From contig NC_092673.1 of the NCBI RefSeq assembly GCF_964355755.1, forward strand, positions 24,735,648 to 24,799,647: DNA of 64,000 nucleotides. Reading direction: 5' to 3'. Of the stretch, positions 60,487-64,000 are shown one piece after another; the first letter of the stretch is position 1, and each line of letters begins with the position of its first letter. Made by a program: the position numbers and the translations under genes. Source of the DNA: Antedon mediterranea (Eukaryota; Animalia; Echinodermata). The notes below the pieces were generated by a model. It was not told the origin of the DNA and made no database searches. It saw only the letters and a program-made list of their open reading frames with translations.

Positions 60487-61031
60487 ATATTACAGTGATT
60501 TAATTGGCGTTCCTCATTTAGGAATATGAATATTATGATGCCTTTAAAACTACTTAAAGTTGAAAGTTTAAAATGTATTTGGTTCGGTTTTGCGTTATTT
60601 TTGTAATTCGCGATGCAATTTGACTTGACTTGAGTTCACGCATATGTCGTGGTGGTTGGACTCTACTTAATAGGCGTAACCCCAAAAAAATCGATTCTCC
60701 GGTCGCGTAGACATAATGTACTGATTTTGTTTAAACATTTGATATTGTGGCACGTTGCTTTATATATTGTACAAACGGCACTAGAGTCATGCAATATCGG
60801 TCAGATATCGAAGAATAAGTATTAAAATCTTAGGAAAATAACTAGCAAAGCACACAATCGTATCTAAAATTCCGATAAATCATCTTATTTTGTATGTTTG
60901 CGAGCATAAATCTTCCAGGAATGATTCACAAGTAAATGTTTTTCTTGCATTCGTTTAAGCACCAGATTGTGTGTATATTTCCACACGTGTCAAGTGTCGT
61001 AGGCAAATTCTGTAATACAGTGTCATATACG

Positions 61032-61431
61032 TACCGTAAATCTTCTAATTGTAACCCTGGGTTATTATTCATGATTGTTTTTTACGATGGGTTACTATTA
61101 GAAGGGGGATCACTATTAGAGTAGTGGGTTAATATTACTAATCTTAAATTAGGCACTTGAAAATAGTAACCCACCCCAACATTTCCGGTCAGCAAGTCAT
61201 AGCAAAATAATAAAACAGTACGAATAAACTAAAAACGAGATCAACATGCATTTCCTTGCTTTCAAAATACGGCTGCATCATAACCGACCAGTCTTCATAA
61301 TGTCATTTTGTCAATAGTTTTTGTGACTCTAATATTAACCCCATGGGTTACTATTAGAGTAGTGGGTTATTATTATAGATTGCCTATAGGGTGGGGTACT
61401 ATTAGAAGAGGGGTTACTCAGATTTACGGTA
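61032..61431. mobile_element. Tc1/mariner-pogo-like MITE (TA TSD)
   Basis: TA|CCGTAAATC ... GATTTACGG|TA; subterminal GGGTTACTATTAGA repeats. Confidence 0.75.
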
Positions 61432-63560
61432 TCACGCGTGGAACCTGTACTGTGTTATGAGTAAGGTTAGGCTTATGGCCTATGATACATCACACGTGAG
61501 ACTGTAATTTTACATATAATAGACAGATTATAGATGTCGAACATATGCTGGCAAAGGTAACACACTGATGCTCTAACAGTAACATATACAGATTAAATGA
61601 AACCCGTGTCCGTAGTGAGAGATTGCAATGGTGATCACATCGTCTCTATTGAAAGTTTGATGAATAAATAGGCCCCTACTTAACCTTATAACTTCAAGAC
61701 GATAATTTAAACAAAGCAAATTCATTTTTTAACAAGGCCATATACATGACTGCAGTCGCGTGCTCAAATTTGAGTTACTGTTTACCGACCGACATAGTGA
61801 GATGTATAGTCGCGTTGCATACGACTAAAAACCGTTAGCAGAAAAATGTATGAAAATATTACCAATATGTGATCGTATATTTATTAAGCCTATAATAGGC
61901 CTAATTCAATTCAATTTCAAAAATACAAAAGGAGAATTGACTTCAAACAAGGTATGAGAGATAATTATGAATAATATTAGTTGGGTCCTATTATATAATA
62001 AACTACTTTGTAATTGTTGATGTATTGATAAACAAACGGAGTCGCTCTTTAAATACCTATTTTTCAGATGTTTGTATTTATTTTAGCAGTGATGTTACGT
62101 AACTCCCATAACCCCGTGCGGAAAATCTGCAAAAATAGAGTAAGCTTTAGTTTACTTTTATTAGGCCTAGACTATTTTAAGCAAATTGATTAGTAGCCCT
62201 ACTGTCGGGTAATCAATACAAATGTCAGAAAGGGTCGAAACTCAATTACATGCCGCAAGCACCCGTAGGTTTAATCATCTTTTTATCTTGTTCTAATCAA
62301 ACATTGTGTGTTTTGTAAATGATTTGTGTGTAAAGACAACGTTAATTACACAATACTCGAAAAAGTCGTGACAATACATAATAAGTCAATTAATCGCATT
62401 CGAGTTGCTTTTACATTGTCATTATTAACTTTGTTTGGCCGACTTTGCGCGTCATATTGTCATTATTAACTTTGTTTGTCTGACGTCATTCACTCGTGTA
62501 TTTTTTACATTGTGCACCGTCGTACCTGACCTACACAAATTGAATCGTATTCTTTTCATTGGGCCAAATAAAGGTGATTAATAGTTGATTGTTCCCTCCC
62601 TCCCTTGAATTTGGCGCCGGATCAATTTTTGATTTAAAATAAAATTGTATTGAATACAAATAAAATAAACACGGACAAGGGGTTAATTCTCGTGAATTCT
62701 ATGGTGTAAACCAAAAGTTCAAAGGTTCGAATCTCTCAATAGTTGTAATTTTTATTAATTTGAAACAAATTTGTATTGAATACAAATAAAATCACCTTAA
62801 ATAACACGGGTTTAATTCTCTGAAATTATATGGTGTTTTTGTAAACCACAAAGTTCAAAGGTTCGAATCTCTGAAAAGTGTGATTTTGCGTTAGTAATTA
62901 ACGTGAACTAGAAGCCGACTTTTTGGTTTAAAGCACTTGCTTTCCCTTTCTGAAGATAACACTTTATGTGAAAGAAAATTACGATAGACCTGTTAAGCGA
63001 GTTGTTATAGCATTTTGTGTGTTTTGTTTTCTTTTAACATTACGTAAAAATGTACTGCATGGCTTTTTATTCAACAGTATGTAATAAATGTAATAAAAAT
63101 ATACATTATTTTCAAATTAGCTATTCCATTTTCCAAGATATAGCTTCACTAATAGATAATAATATTGTTTACCGAGAATTATATGCTGAATGTTTGAGCA
63201 TTAAATACTGCTTAATAAAACCTATCATCTTACATACCATATACACTGTTATTACCGTTTATCGATAATATCAATATAAACTAACAATTTCAGTGGAATA
63301 TTGATTGAACCATAATGTTATGAGTATGAATATTAATTTAATGTACTGTAGAGTGATTTATGAGAAATGAGATAATACCGTACGATAACAGTTAAGTAGC
63401 GTTAGATTTGTATAACAGATAGAAAGAAAGGGACCCCGACGGAACCAACGAGTGTCCCCACATGCTCGTTCGTTTCTTCGGAAAGTAATTCAAATATGTT
63501 AATGGGTGTCCCAAAGGAGGGATTGTACTGTAACTGTAATATGGTTGGTCTTGGTTTCTG

Positions 63561-64000
63561 CACAGCAAAATTTGAAATTCTAAGCAAGAAAAAAAAATCT
63601 TGTTTTAAGAAAAAATTCTTAAAATAAGTATTTTTTTTCTTGTCAAGATTTAAAATTACTTAAAACAAGAAATAATTTTCTAGAAAAGACACATTTTCTT
63701 AAATTAAGTTTTGCAATATTCTTGAAAATGCTTATTACAAGAAATATTTTACTTAAAATAAGAAGTCAATATCATTCTCTTCTTATTAAGAATAGTTTTG
63801 CTTAAAACAAGATTTGAAAATACTTAATTTGAAAAGTATTTTACTTAAAATAAGAAATCTATATTATATTTATCCCTATCAAGAATAATTTTTCTTAAAT
63901 CAAGATTGATGAATTATAAAAATTACTTAAAACAATCAATATTTTTCTAGGTAAGACAAAGTTTCTTAAATTAGGTTTTGCAATAGTCTTGAAAATACTT
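63561..64000. mobile_element. Left end of a DNA-transposon-like element with a subterminal repeat array (truncated by the window)
   Basis: CACAGCAAAA start, then degenerate CTTAAAA(C/T)AAGA repeats in both orientations. Confidence 0.5.

Overview
AT-rich, intron-rich animal genomic DNA. It looks like an invertebrate deuterostome, possibly an echinoderm, but that is inferred only from protein style and repeat landscape. I reconstructed three spliced genes by hand with phase-consistent exons. (1) The 3' part of a Polycomb PCGF3/5-type gene (+, coding exons 3058-15825), missed by the ORF track. (2) A complete NOP56 gene (-, 10 coding exons, 38216-27516, 540 aa). (3) A complete RRP12 gene (+, 26 coding exons, 39392-57407, 1301 aa). 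NOP56 and RRP12 are both ribosome-biogenesis factors and sit head-to-head with ~1.18 kb between their ATGs; that interval carries E-box, CRE and NRF1-like motifs. Introns and intergenic DNA are full of non-autonomous DNA transposons, including a nested same-family pair with 5-bp TSDs, a Helentron/DINE-1-like element, a Kolobok-like element and several MITE families, plus SINE/LINE fragments and satellites. Best leads: a 20 x 92-bp tandem hairpin array just after the RRP12 stop, box C/D-like elements in NOP56 introns (possible autoregulatory snoRNA), the bidirectional NOP56-RRP12 promoter, and unusual RRP12 splice features (GC donor, GAG acceptor, four branch-point motifs ahead of a recursive-type AG|GTAAGA exon). 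No CRISPR array and no intact transposase ORF were seen. All family assignments rest on recalled motifs, not database searches.
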